Positions 24,301-36,300 of a stretch of DNA of 64,000 nucleotides are shown one piece after another (within the stretch, counting starts at the first letter, position 1; every line of letters starts with the position of its first letter). The DNA comes from Lama guanicoe (taxonomy: Eukaryota), in NCBI GenBank assembly GCA_013239625.1, contig MU053557.1, positions 4,680,123-4,744,122 of the forward strand. Direction: 5' to 3'. Below the pieces are notes generated by a model. It did no database searches, was not told where the DNA came from, and saw nothing but the letters and a program-made list of their open reading frames with translations. A program made the translations under genes and the position numbers.

Positions 24301-27300
24301 CCCCAGGAAGCCAGGAGAGGCCAATGGAGGCAGCAGGCTCCCAGGTTAGACTGCCTGGGTTTGAATTTTGGTACTGCTCCTTGTTAGCTGTGTGAACTTG
24401 GACGAGTTCATTGATTTCTCCGTGCCTGTTTCCTTATGCAAAAATGAGGATAAAATTAGTATCTACTATTAGAGTTGTGAGTTGTATAAATTAACTGAGT
24501 TAATCTACATAAGGGACTTAAGATGGAGTCTGGCTCATAATAAGTGGTCACCAAATGTTAGCTAGTGTTTTACGGTCATGGTTAATTCTGTCTTTGCCAC
24601 CTTCAAGGATGCTGTGAATGAGGGTGTCCTCACTGTGTGGGGTTGGAGGGCAGTCAGCACCCAGGCTGTGTAGTTCAGACTGGACTCGGCCCTACTGGCT
24701 AAGTGGCACAAGTTGGAGAGTCTTTTGAGCCTCAGTTTCCTCATCCGGAAAATAGGAATAAAACTGACATTTACTCAGACGCAGAGGCATCCTGACATTT
24801 AGAGGAGGTCGATCCTGTGAAGCCCCGAACCTCACATGTCATGTGTTCAGTCGGTGTTAGCTCTGCTGGAATGAGCGACCAGTGTTACTGTAACATTCTG
24901 AGAGTCTCCCATCCTAACTGGAGCAGCTCATTCCTCCTGTGCCTGGCTTGTGTTTCCTCTCTCCTTTCCCTCTTATCTTTCTGCTTCTTTCCTGTCTGCT
25001 TCCTTCTTCCTCAGGCTAAAGTGGATAATGAGATCCTTAATTACAAAGACCTGGCAGCTCTCCCCAAGGTTAAGTCCATCTACGAGGTACAACGCCCCGA
25101 CCTCATTTCCTACGAGCCTCATTCCCGATACACGTCTGACGAGATGCTGGAGAGATGTGGCTATGGAGAGGTATGGCGTCCCGCCCCGCTCTCTGGGGCT
25201 GTTGGGGGAAAGGAGGGCCCGCGGGGTCCCCAGTCCTCTCTGTCACAGAGACTTTGGTCTCCACAGTGTTGGCCCCCAGACTCTTTTTTAAAAAACTGGT
25301 ATTTACAGTCAACATTTAAAAATCAGGCAATTTCATCCAAAATCTGGCATTTCTTGAAAAATCAGAGCTGGCCACACTACACCAGTGTTTCCACCAACCC
25401 GAGATGGGGAACAGTGCCGCCTATAGGCAGGACATGGGCTCCCCAGTTCTCCCAGTCCCCACCACTCCCTGAGAACCTCCACATTAAAGCTGAGAACCTG
25501 TGACCACGTATCACTTGAGCTGCTGCTTCTCTTACAGAGGAGAAACCTTATACACAGCCCATGGCTCAGTGGCCTTTTGGGGTTATAATCCCTGGTTAAG
25601 TAGGTTCTCTGGATATTGCACCTGGCCTTAAGCCCCTGTGCTGAGAGCAAGAGACACTCATAAAAACTCACCATCAGGTGGCTTTTGAAATAATTAAATG
25701 ATTGCCAGACAAGAGAAAGTGTTCCCTAGAGAAGGCAGGGTGGCTGTTACCCAAGAGGTCCTGGCAGTCTCCGTCCCAGGTTTCCAAGCCCTTCCCAGGC
25801 CCCTTGAGCTGAGATCATTTGGAGCTTTAGAAGGAGCCCTGGCTTGGTTGGTAGGGACCAAATTCTTGTCCCCACTTTACCACTGTCCCCTTCCTCTCTA
25901 AGGGGTTTGGGGTTCCACTTGGTTTAAGAGCCCAGTGCTGAGATTCTTTGGGTCCTGGCCTCTGAAATGGACCAGGAAAAGGGGACCAAGTGTTTGGTAG
26001 AAGCTGATTCTCCTGAAGCCAGAGATAGGAAACTGGGTCCAGCCAGCCCCCAGATTTGTTTTGTTTCACTCACAAAATGTCTTTTTAAAATGTAAATTAG
26101 TTGTGAACATTCAAACGTTAGATTTCACAGAAGAGTCTGCACTTCTCCATTGTCGTGGGAACTTCAGAGTCTTCCCTCACCCGGGGCCGGCCGTCCAGTC
26201 TGGCCTGGGTGCGCTGGAGCTGAGCGCCACTGCCCTCTGCAGGCGGCACGTTCCGTCTCCCGCTGCCTGGCCCCTCCCTCCCCACCGGCCCACTTCCCAT
26301 ATTGATGGCACCAGCCTGACCCTTGCTTGGCCCTGCATTTGGGTCCCTGTCCTGGGTCCTGTCCTTGTGAACTCGTAGAGGGACAGGGAAGGGCCATAGA
26401 ATGGCTCTAGGCTTGTGGTTGGGGGAGCCTGGGCCCAGGTGGCAACCCTACTGCTTCTTCTCTAAGGGGCCCCGCGTCATCCGGTCCCCTCTTAGCCGTG
26501 GTTTCGCCAGTTGTAAAAAAAAGGGCCATAATCTCAAGGTTTCCTCCCGCCTGTCAGCACTGCCGAAAGGCTGGGAGTCTAAGTGAGGCTGCTCTCCGGG
26601 CGGGAGGCCGCGGGGAAGCTGCAGGCCTCTTCCCTCCGTAACCGCTCTCTGTCCCTCCCTCTCGCCTCCTGTCTCCTTTCGCTCCTTCCATGACTGCCTG
26701 CAAACTTCGCTTCCAAGTCGCTGGGAACTTTATCTCCCTACTCCCAGGTAATTAAACTGGTTCAGGAAGACCTTTTGTGTAATTGTATCCCTTTATGCTG
26801 ACCAAGCAGACCTCCAGTTTCTGCCCCCACCCAGCCCCCGAAGGTTCTCCCCCAGCCCCGGGCAGAGACAGGGAGACCTAGGAGCATGACCTGGAGAAAG
26901 TGGCAGTGGCTTAAAGGGTAGAGGCGGCTGGGGGAGAACCTGGGGTACTCTTTCTACCCAGAGATGGCCTCCCTGATGCTTCTGTGATCCTTGGCCAGGA
27001 TTCCAGGGACCTGACTCATGGGTTCCATGCAAGGGCCTGTGAGCAATGGTTGAAGGCCCTGGAAAGCCTCTGTAGCCTTTCTTGGTCTGTGCATGTAACC
27101 TGGGGAGAGGGGCTCTGTATTCAGAAGGGCAGCACCATGCTTCAGCGCCTGGAATCCCAGATTCCCTGCCGCTCCCCCACCTGCCTGCTAGACCCTTGGG
27201 CCACAGGCCCTGCTCATTGCAGGCCTGGCTCACGGTCGCGCTTCCTCCCCCAGGACATCTATGAGAACCTGGACCTCCGGCAGAGACGGGCCTCCAGCCC

Positions 27301-30300
27301 AGGATACATCGACTCCCCCACCTACGGCCGGCAGGGCATGTCCCCCACCTTCTCCCGCTCTCCTCACCACTACTACCGGTCTGGTAAGGAAGGGGGAAAT
27401 TCCAGAGGGTCAGGAAGAATCTGGGGAACAACACAGAGGCCTGATGTCTCAGCTGCAGAGACAGCTGGGGGCTTCTCTGGGATATCTCCTGTGGCCACCC
27501 AGGCCTCACTGAGTCCCTGCAGACACCGCTGGCAGTGGGAGAGGAGGGGTACATGGTGCCGAGAAGCAGCAAGAAGGTGGGTGGTGGGCTGCCAGAAGAG
27601 GAGTGGTGGGCAGGCAGCCCAGCCGCCCTGGCTGGAATAAGATGTCTCCGTCCTTGTCCTTTGTCCTGCCCTGTCCAGAAAGTAAAACCAGAGGAGCAGA
27701 AACAGGGATGTGGCCTGAACTTGCCAAAGGGCCACCCTGAGGTTAAGGATGAAGTAGACAGAGCAATTAAAGGAGGGGCCTGGGGACCGGGGAGAGGTGG
27801 GAAGCTAAGCGGGGCAAAGATGCCTTCCTGAAGCTCACTGCTGTTGATTCTCACGTCCCACAAAGTCTGACTTTGGGATGAAGCAAGGAAGCAGGGTCAA
27901 GCCTGTTCCCGCGAACACGGTGCATGAGCACAGCCGCCGCCTCACCACCCCTGCTGCCATCACCTCACTGCTGCCCTAACTGCCGCCACTGCGTTAATGC
28001 CTGTTTTCTCTGTGCCTCTGTTCTCTCTGGGACCACTGCCTGCGTGCTCCAGGGCCCGAGAGTGGCCGGAGCTCTCCGTACCATAGCCAGTTAGATGTGA
28101 GGTCCTCCACTCCGACCTCTTACCAGGCTCCCAAGCACTTTCACATCCCAGGTAGGCTGTCAGCCCAGGATTCCCAGCGTGGGTGCATGCTCTGTGGGGT
28201 CGCCGGGCGCCCCGCACTGGCACCAAAGAGAAGCGGGGTGCTGGGGTCCCTCCCTAACCAGTCACCCACACTAACGCACCTCCAGCCCGACAGGCCTTAG
28301 CCCTCCCACTTGACAGAGCCAGCCTTGATGGGGACCGCCAGGTAGCAGCCCAGGGAAGTGCCTCCACGGTCCGAGGGCCATGATGGGTCACAGCGGTAAC
28401 CAGGCTGAAGGTCACGGGCTTCTGTATCAAAACCCTTGGGTTTGAATCCTAATGTTGCTGTTTATAAGCTCATGATCTCAGGCCAGTCACTGAGCTTCCT
28501 TGAGCCTGCGCTGTTCCTTCTGTACAGCCAGGCACTGTTCTGGGCCCCCAAGTTGCAGTTGTGCTCAGACCACCCCAGATCCTGCCTTCATGGTGTTTAT
28601 GTTCTAATGTGGGGAGAGAGCTAATAAAGGAGTAAACAACTAAGTAAAAGGATAATTTCAGGAGACAGGTGCTAAACGTAATAAAATAGGGCACTGTGAC
28701 AGAGTGATGAGTTAGGGGAGGCCAGGCTAGGTGAGGTGGTCAGGAAGGGCTTCCTGGAGGAGGTGATATTGAAGCGATAAGAGAACCCAGGGAAAAATGT
28801 CCCAGGTGGCAGGAACAGCAAATCCAGAGGTCCTGAAACACTGTGCTAGCAGCAGACCAGCATGGCTGGAAGTGGGAGCATGGGGGAGAGTTACAGGAGA
28901 TGAGAGGAAGGCAGGGGCTAGGTGACCTCGTGGGTGTGATCTGGACAAGGTCTCACCCTAAGTTACAGCACAGCTGGGCCTAGACCCCAGTCTCCCGACT
29001 CTGAGCTCAGGTTTTCACTCCCCACTCACTTTTCCCCAGGAGTTCGTCCTGCTGTTTCATCTACACCTTTCTCACTTGCTCCAGAAAGGTCCCATCCTAT
29101 CTGTTTTTGAGGGAGGGGGAGGGCGAGAGTGCTGGCTGTGGCTGCAGCATTCTGGGCACTTCCACGTGGCCGCCGGGTGGAGGCAGCGGGCACCTTCCGC
29201 ATGGGGTTCTGCTGAGCACGCGCCCGCCTTGTGCCTGCATGCCCACCATTCAAGCCCCAGGTCCCTTCCTCAGCCCCGTTTGAATCCATCCATTCCTCTC
29301 CCCTCACCCTTCTTGGATCCTGATGGGATGAGGTTGGAAGTTCAGCTTTGGAAGAGGAAGTCCACCGGGGGAAAGATGGGAGGGCCCTGGTAGAAGTTGC
29401 TACCCATTTCCCTTCTGGGACCAGCTAACCAACTGCTGTCTCCTTTTCTCCTGTCTCTCTCTCTCCTCCCTGCTGTCCCTTCCTGGTCTGGCAGCTGGAG
29501 AAAGTAACATCTACCGGAAACCCCCGATCTACAAACGGCATGGTATGGTCGGGGACAGAGGTGGCCTGGCCAGGCAAGGGGAGGGGCAGTTAATCATCTG
29601 TGCGGGTGGCTCTGCAGGGCCACCAGGAGGGGCACATGCAAGGCTGCAACTCAGTCCTTGTCGGCTGCCCCTAATCGCTCAAGGTGGCGTTAGGGAGGAG
29701 TTTGGTGACATTTCAAATGAGCAAGGAAGGCCTTGTGTTCCCTACACCCTTTCCCACCATCTCCCCACCTTTCCTTCCCTGCTGTCTGGTCCTAAATTCC
29801 ATGGTTAGAGTAACCCTTGTCAAGTGCACATGGCCCTAGGAGAGTGACGTTCCAAGGTATTGATACTAACTTGGATGTTCGTTCACATCATGTGGCATGC
29901 ATAGAGACTCCTGGGCCCCACCACAGACTTGATAAATCCAAATTATATATTTGTAACAGTTTCTCCAGGTTATTCTAATGGCCAGCCCAGCTTGGAAACC
30001 ACTGCTCTAAACTGGCCTCAGTCACCATGTCCTGAGAGTAGTGGAGACCTGGAGAGAGGATGTGGATGAGAAAGGAGCTGAGGGTGCCTGCATTTGTTCA
30101 TTCATTCATTCATTCATTCATTCATTTAATGTTTCTTACAGAATGGTCTGTGGACCATTTGCACCCAAGAGATTTATTTTAAAAACCAATGCCCTGGCCC
30201 CTCCCCTGCCTTAGACTTCCTTAAATAGAAGTGCTAAGAGCACAGCCTAAGAATCTGCACTGTAACTGACTCCATTCATGACTCCTACCTGCGCTCAGTG

Positions 30301-33300
30301 TGGGAACCACCGAGTCATTCATCGCTGAGACCCATTCATTCTTGCAAAAGCGTTGAGAGAGGCTCAGCTGAATGGGCACACCCATCCCTCAGGATGCAGA
30401 GGCGGGGCTGCCACTCTGCATCACCCCCCAATGCCTTCGGCCTGGTTGGAACAGAGAGGGGAGCACAGAATTGGACGAGCATGGAGACAGGCAGAAGCAG
30501 CCCTGTACTGGGATCCAAACTCACTGAGCTGGTGGAGGAGGTGGTACAGGTATAGACAGTGGCTCTGGGTGCTGAAGACCTGACAATTTAGACAAGTGAG
30601 ACCCCGACTTTGGACGGACCTGGGCTGGGGTCCGGGCGAGTCCTGAGCAGTGCACACCCACACATGGCTGTGATGGACCTGCTGTGTACCCTGAGTGGCC
30701 ACAAAGACACCAACCCTGACAAAGGTAGTTTGACTTTGTATCCAGAAAAGGCCCCCAGGTCCCAAGCCCCTCAGGATTCTGCGAGACTTCCCAGGTGAGC
30801 CCAAGGGGCAGCAGCGAAGCAGCCTTAGGAGGAGTGTGGGGTGAAGGTAGATCTTGCAGATAAGAGGGCGGGTGAAAGGGCTGGATGAGACCAGCTGGGG
30901 TGAGGGAGGCTGCCCAGGACCCACATCAAAGAGGATTTCCAGGCTTTGGAAGCGAGTGCTGCTGGCACCACCCCAGGACCCTCCGCTGCTCTGGCTCTAC
31001 GAAGCCCGGAGCTTGTCCCCATAGCTTCTCTCCTGAGGACAGACCAGGGACCCAGCTCGCTTCCCCAGCCCTCTCTCTGTCCTGGTTAGCCTCTCACCAG
31101 TCTGGGCCCTGCAGGGCTCTGTGCCTGCAGTGGGTTTGAGGGTCACCCCACGTGGTGGACGTCAGGTGCAAGCATGAAGCTAGATGATACCTCAGCCAGC
31201 AGCCCACCTGTGATGCTCACAGAACCTGAGGCGGAGGGGGCAGGGTTTGCCCAGTGCTACAGCTGAGCTAGGTGGCGTTGCTGACTCCCTGCCCAGTGCT
31301 CCTTCCTTCTGGCCACCTAGCCCCCCCAGACAGGATTTGTCATTTCAGTATGAGGAGAAAGTGGACCTGACTCCACATGCAACAAAGCCCTGCCTGGCGA
31401 TCTCACCTTAGGTGTGGCTCGAATCCACAAGGCTGGCTTCTAGAGGGCGAGGAACGTGAGGGCGAGGACTCACCTGGGACCTGTCTAGTCTTAACTTGGA
31501 GGCGCCATGGCCTTAGTGTTTACTTAGGAGAGTCCGTGGAGTTGGTAGAAGCAGCCCTGAGCAGGGGGGTCTGGTCCAGTTCTGGTCTAACGTGCTGTGT
31601 GATCTTGAGCAAGCCTCTACCCATTTCGGGTGTTCGGGTTCCCAACTGTAAAAGGAGAGGCTGAGCCTCAGGACTTTTCCAGCTCCAGTGCCCCATGTCC
31701 CAGACCCTGGCCTGGGAGTGGCCTCACCCCCCGGGCTGGAGCCTGGCTCAGATGGGAGAGTGTCGAGGATGCTCTTCTAGGACATTCTCCCTCCCTGAAG
31801 CTCTCTCTTGGGTCCTTTGCAGGTGATTTGTCGACGGCAACTAAGAGCAAAACAAGTGAAGACATCAGCCAGGCCTCCAAGTACAGTCCAGCCTACTCGC
31901 CAGACCCCTACTATGCTGCGGAGTCTGAGTACTGGACCTACCATGGGTCCCCCAAAGGTATCACCCTACACAGGGGAGCCAGGACCAGAGTCCCATCACC
32001 TGCACCAGGGACACACAGGGCCAGGACAGACAGTTGCCCATTCTTTCACACAATCATTCATTTATTAGCTCAGCCAGTATGAAATGAGGGCCAGCCAGGA
32101 GCCCTAGGAAGACACCGGCAAAGTAGACGTGGTCCGTGCCCTTGTGGACGAGCCTGGAGAGGGAGGTGATGTACAGCAGGTGAGGTACAGGAGGTACAAG
32201 AGCTGCTGGCAGGGGCGTGCTGTCCAGCCTGGAAGGTGACAAAAGCTTCTCAGACACAGAGACTCAGCTGCCATTAGTACGAAGCCATTAAAAGTGGTGA
32301 CATGACAAGATTTGTGTTTTTAAGAGACCACTTTGGCTGTAGGTGGAAAACGGCTTGGTGAATGGGAAAGAGGATGGCGGGAGATGGAAGGCTCTCGCAG
32401 GCACCCTGGCATCCTAATGGTCCTCAAGGTGCCGTCCCACCCAGACACCCCTAGCTGTCTCTTTCAAGTATGGGGAGGAGCTGTCATTAAGTGACACTTT
32501 GATTCAACACACACCTTTACTAAATGAATGTCCATTTTGAGCAAAGCTTCACAGGAGCTCAGAGATGACCCTGCCCCACCCTCAGAGAATTCTCCATTTA
32601 GAAACGGGATAAGACGTAAGCACAGCTATAACCCAAAGTGGACGGTGACCAGTGCCCACGAGAGATAAGTGTTTCGAGGCTGCAGGCAAGAGAGATCACG
32701 CCCAGCAGGCATCGGGGGAGGGGGGAATCTTAGATGAGACTATTTCAATCACAAAAACAAACAAAAAGGAAAAAAAAATCTCCAAATGGCTTAGGGCAAA
32801 ACAGGGATTTTTCTGGATCATGTAACTGAAATTTCTTGCAGCCCAGCTGATCTAGGGGTGGGTGAGCATCAGCAGGACCCGACCTGTCCCCTAGGTCGAG
32901 TAGCTCCAGTCTCCGGCTGACTCTGCCCTTGTCGTGGCAAGATGAGCTCTGGCAGGTGCAGGCTCATCTCCTACCCTTGGCAGGAGGACTCCTCTTTCCC
33001 ACCAGTGGCAGAAGTCCCAGCATTGAGGCCTATCAGCTCCATTGGGACAGTCAGCTTCACCTGCACCTCCTGGCCCCAAAATGGCAAGGGATGCTGGGCG
33101 TCTCCATATAGGGAGGCCACCATGGAGGCGATTCACCTGAGTGCACCTGTGCGGGGTCACTTGGCTAGAAACTGGTGGAGCCACAAGGAGACCCCTGCCT
33201 GTTGACGCTGTGCTACCTGCTAAGCCCTCTCCCTGGGGCAGGCCGAATGGGGAGCATGGGTGGGAGCTGATTCTAGCTGTCTTTTGGCAGTGCCCCGAGC

Positions 33301-36300
33301 CAGAAGGTTCTCATCTGGAGGAGAGGAGGACGATTTTGACCGCAGCATGCACAAGGTAAGCAGGCCACACCACTGAATAAGGTGCTTCGATGGTATGTTA
33401 CTGAGTATTTTTTTCATTTGTGAGTGACAGAGACCAAATTCAAACCCACTGATGATAGAAAAAGAAAATGCAAAAATTTGGCATAAATGAAAAGTCAAAT
33501 GGTAGGATTAGCTTCAGGTACCACTTGATCCAGCTGCTCAACAAATTGCCACAGGGAAATTGTCTCTCCCTGCTCTTGTGCTGGCTTGCCTCAGTGTTGA
33601 CTTCATGCTTAGGCAGGTTCTTCTCATGCTGGTCAGTGGGTGCCAGCGACTCCTCCTGCGCGACTCCTGCAGTGGCACTGCCGGTGGAAGTGGATAGTGG
33701 TGCAGTTGCTGACGGAGAATTTGTGGTTCTTCAAATAGTTAAACAGAATTACTGTAGAAACTGTCAATCAAAAAAAAATGCACAACCTGAAAGTTGAGAA
33801 TTATATTTTATTCAGCAGACATACTGAGCACTTAAGCCCAGAAGACAGCCTCTCAGATAGCTCTGAGGGACTGCTCCAAAGAGGTAAGGGAGGAACCAGA
33901 TATACAGGAGTTTTGGGGGGGGGGGAATACAGATAGTCAAACATCAAAAGATTGCTGCTAATTAAAGAAAAACCAGACATCTCAAATTAATGAACTTAGC
34001 ACTTTGCTATGTATGGGAAGATGCAAGAGTCTGGGCTCACTAAAATCCTCCCTTTGATGTGCACCTTAACTGCCTAGGGCCAGTATCCAGTTTCGCTCCA
34101 TCCTGAATCTCCTCAGGGTGCACCTTTGGGGGGTGGCTGCAGAGGATGATGGCTTGATGGCTGCAACACCCTTTGTTTACTGATAGGGCAGATGACATTC
34201 TTTGTTCATAGATCCATCAATTCCACTCCTAGGTATATACCCAGGAGACCTGAAAGCTGTATGCACAGGTTCACAGGAGCACTACTCACAAAAGGTAGAA
34301 TCAGCCCAGATGTCCATCAACTCACAAATGAAAAAAGAAAATGTGGTATATCCATCTGACAGAATATTACTCAGCTATAAAAAGGAATGGAGTGCTGATA
34401 ACATGCGACAATGTGGATGAACCCTGAAAACATTGTGCTTAGTGAAAGAAGCCAGCCAGGAAGCCCCGTGTATTGTATGGCTCCATTCACATGAAATACC
34501 TAGAATAGGTAAAGCCACAGAGACAGGACAGATAGGTGATTACCAGGGCCTGGGAGGAGAGGGAAAAGTGGAGTGACCACTTGATGGGTAGAGGGTCTTC
34601 TTTTGGGATGATAACAGTGATTTGGAACTAGCTAGAGGTGGTGGTTGCACAATATCATGAATACTAAATGCCACTGTAGTTTGTTCACCTTTAAAATGGT
34701 TAATTTTATATTATGTGAGTGTCACCTCAACCAAAAAATCTTTTTTAAAAACATGGGTGCCAGCAACTCCAACAAAGAGTCCCAGGAAGGCTCTCACTGG
34801 CCTGGCTGAAGCCATCTGCCCAGCGTTGAACCCATCACTGCGGCCACAGTGGTGCTGTTGTTGGCCAGGCCTGAATTCTGTGCCCACCACCAGAGCACCC
34901 CCTGACCACAGGACTACTTGTGGGAGAGAAATGAAGTCCCCCAAAGGAAAATGCTGCAGGAGAGAGGGACACGGGGAAGGCAGAAAATTCCAGAGGTTCA
35001 CCATGGAGAGTCTGGTCCCTCAGCCTTTCCTAAGCCTGCTCCATCTCCGCATTCCTTGCTTCCTTCTAACTTCGTCTTGCTCCTCCTCAGCTCCAGAGCG
35101 GAATTGGCCGGCTAATTCTGAAGGAAGAGATGAAGGCCCGGTCTAGCTCCTACGCGGATCCCTGGACCCCGCCCCGGAGCTCCACCAGCAGCCGGGAGGC
35201 CCTGCACACAGCTGGCTACGAGATGTCCCTCGACGGCTGTGAGTGCTGCCCTTGAGCCAGCCGGGGCGGGGGCACCTTCTTCCCCATCAGTTCTTCCATC
35301 GGTGAATCGGACCTCCTACAGCCTCGCCAGGGTCTAAAACAGACGGGTGAGGGGCTGTATGGGGGCACTAAATAAGCCCATGCTCCGTCCTGAGAAGTTT
35401 CTTCTTCTTCGGGTCATCTGAAGCTGTGACTTCCAAGCAGTTTCCATGGAAAGAAAAACCGCTTCTAACAGTCTGAATGGCTCAAAAATAAAAGGGGCTG
35501 CCCTTTGAGACACTGAGCCTCCTATCACTGGAGGCATACAAGCAGAGGCTTGGTTCAAGCACTTTTCCCGAGTCTCTCTTTGTAAGCTCCTCCCTGTTCC
35601 TGTGGTCTGCCTGCCTCCCCTCTTTCTTACTCCTGTGGGATTCAGTCCTGCCAGGAAATCCTAACAGTCAATACTTGATGGATAATAAAAGGTACCGTTT
35701 ATTATAATCCTGTGTGCCAGGCACATTATCACCCTCTGTCCTCACAAAGAACCACAGTGTAGAGGGATTATTATCACCCACTTTGTAGATGAGAGACCTG
35801 AGGTTAAGCCTCTTGCCTAAAGTTAGAAAGCCAGTCAGTGGCTGAGCCAGGATCAGACCCAAGTCAGAGGGACTCCAAGGCCGTAAGCTTTTCCCTCTTT
35901 GCTGTGCTGCACCCTGACTCTAGGTGAGATCAAGGATGAGAGTGGTGTGATGACGGTGATGACAAAGCCGGTTTTACTGAGGGTTGTATCTCTTGGGCAC
36001 TCTGCTAAGGGCCTTACCGTATTGTATCATATATTCTTCACAATAACCCTCTAAAGGAGCCTCTATCCTTTCCCATTTTACAGATAAGAAAATGAGGCAT
36101 GGTTTACCTGCCTGAAGTTGGGTATCTATTAATGGCAGAGCTGAGATGAACTGATGAGCTATTTCCCTGTTTGACCACTGAGGGGCACTGTTTTCAACCC
36201 CTGGCTCTGGGCTCTGAGCAGTGCACCAGTGCTGCTCAAAATTCAGCTCCATTCAGTGGCATCTGTGCAACAAGTATCACTGAGCACTGGGCACTTACTA

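Noticed and set aside
24817..27640. ORFs 24817-25503 and 26984-27640 extending far beyond exons
   Set aside because: Only the exon-internal parts match ABLIM3; the flanks are intronic, bounded by good splice sites, and partly repeat-derived.
26793..27863. 356-aa minus-strand ORF
   Set aside because: Antisense to a real exon in GC-rich DNA; low-complexity P/G/S/R composition, non-ATG start and no recognisable domain.
33762..34210. MER41-like LTR as an interferon-gamma (STAT1) enhancer
   Set aside because: No intact TTCnnnGAA GAS motif found by eye in this copy.
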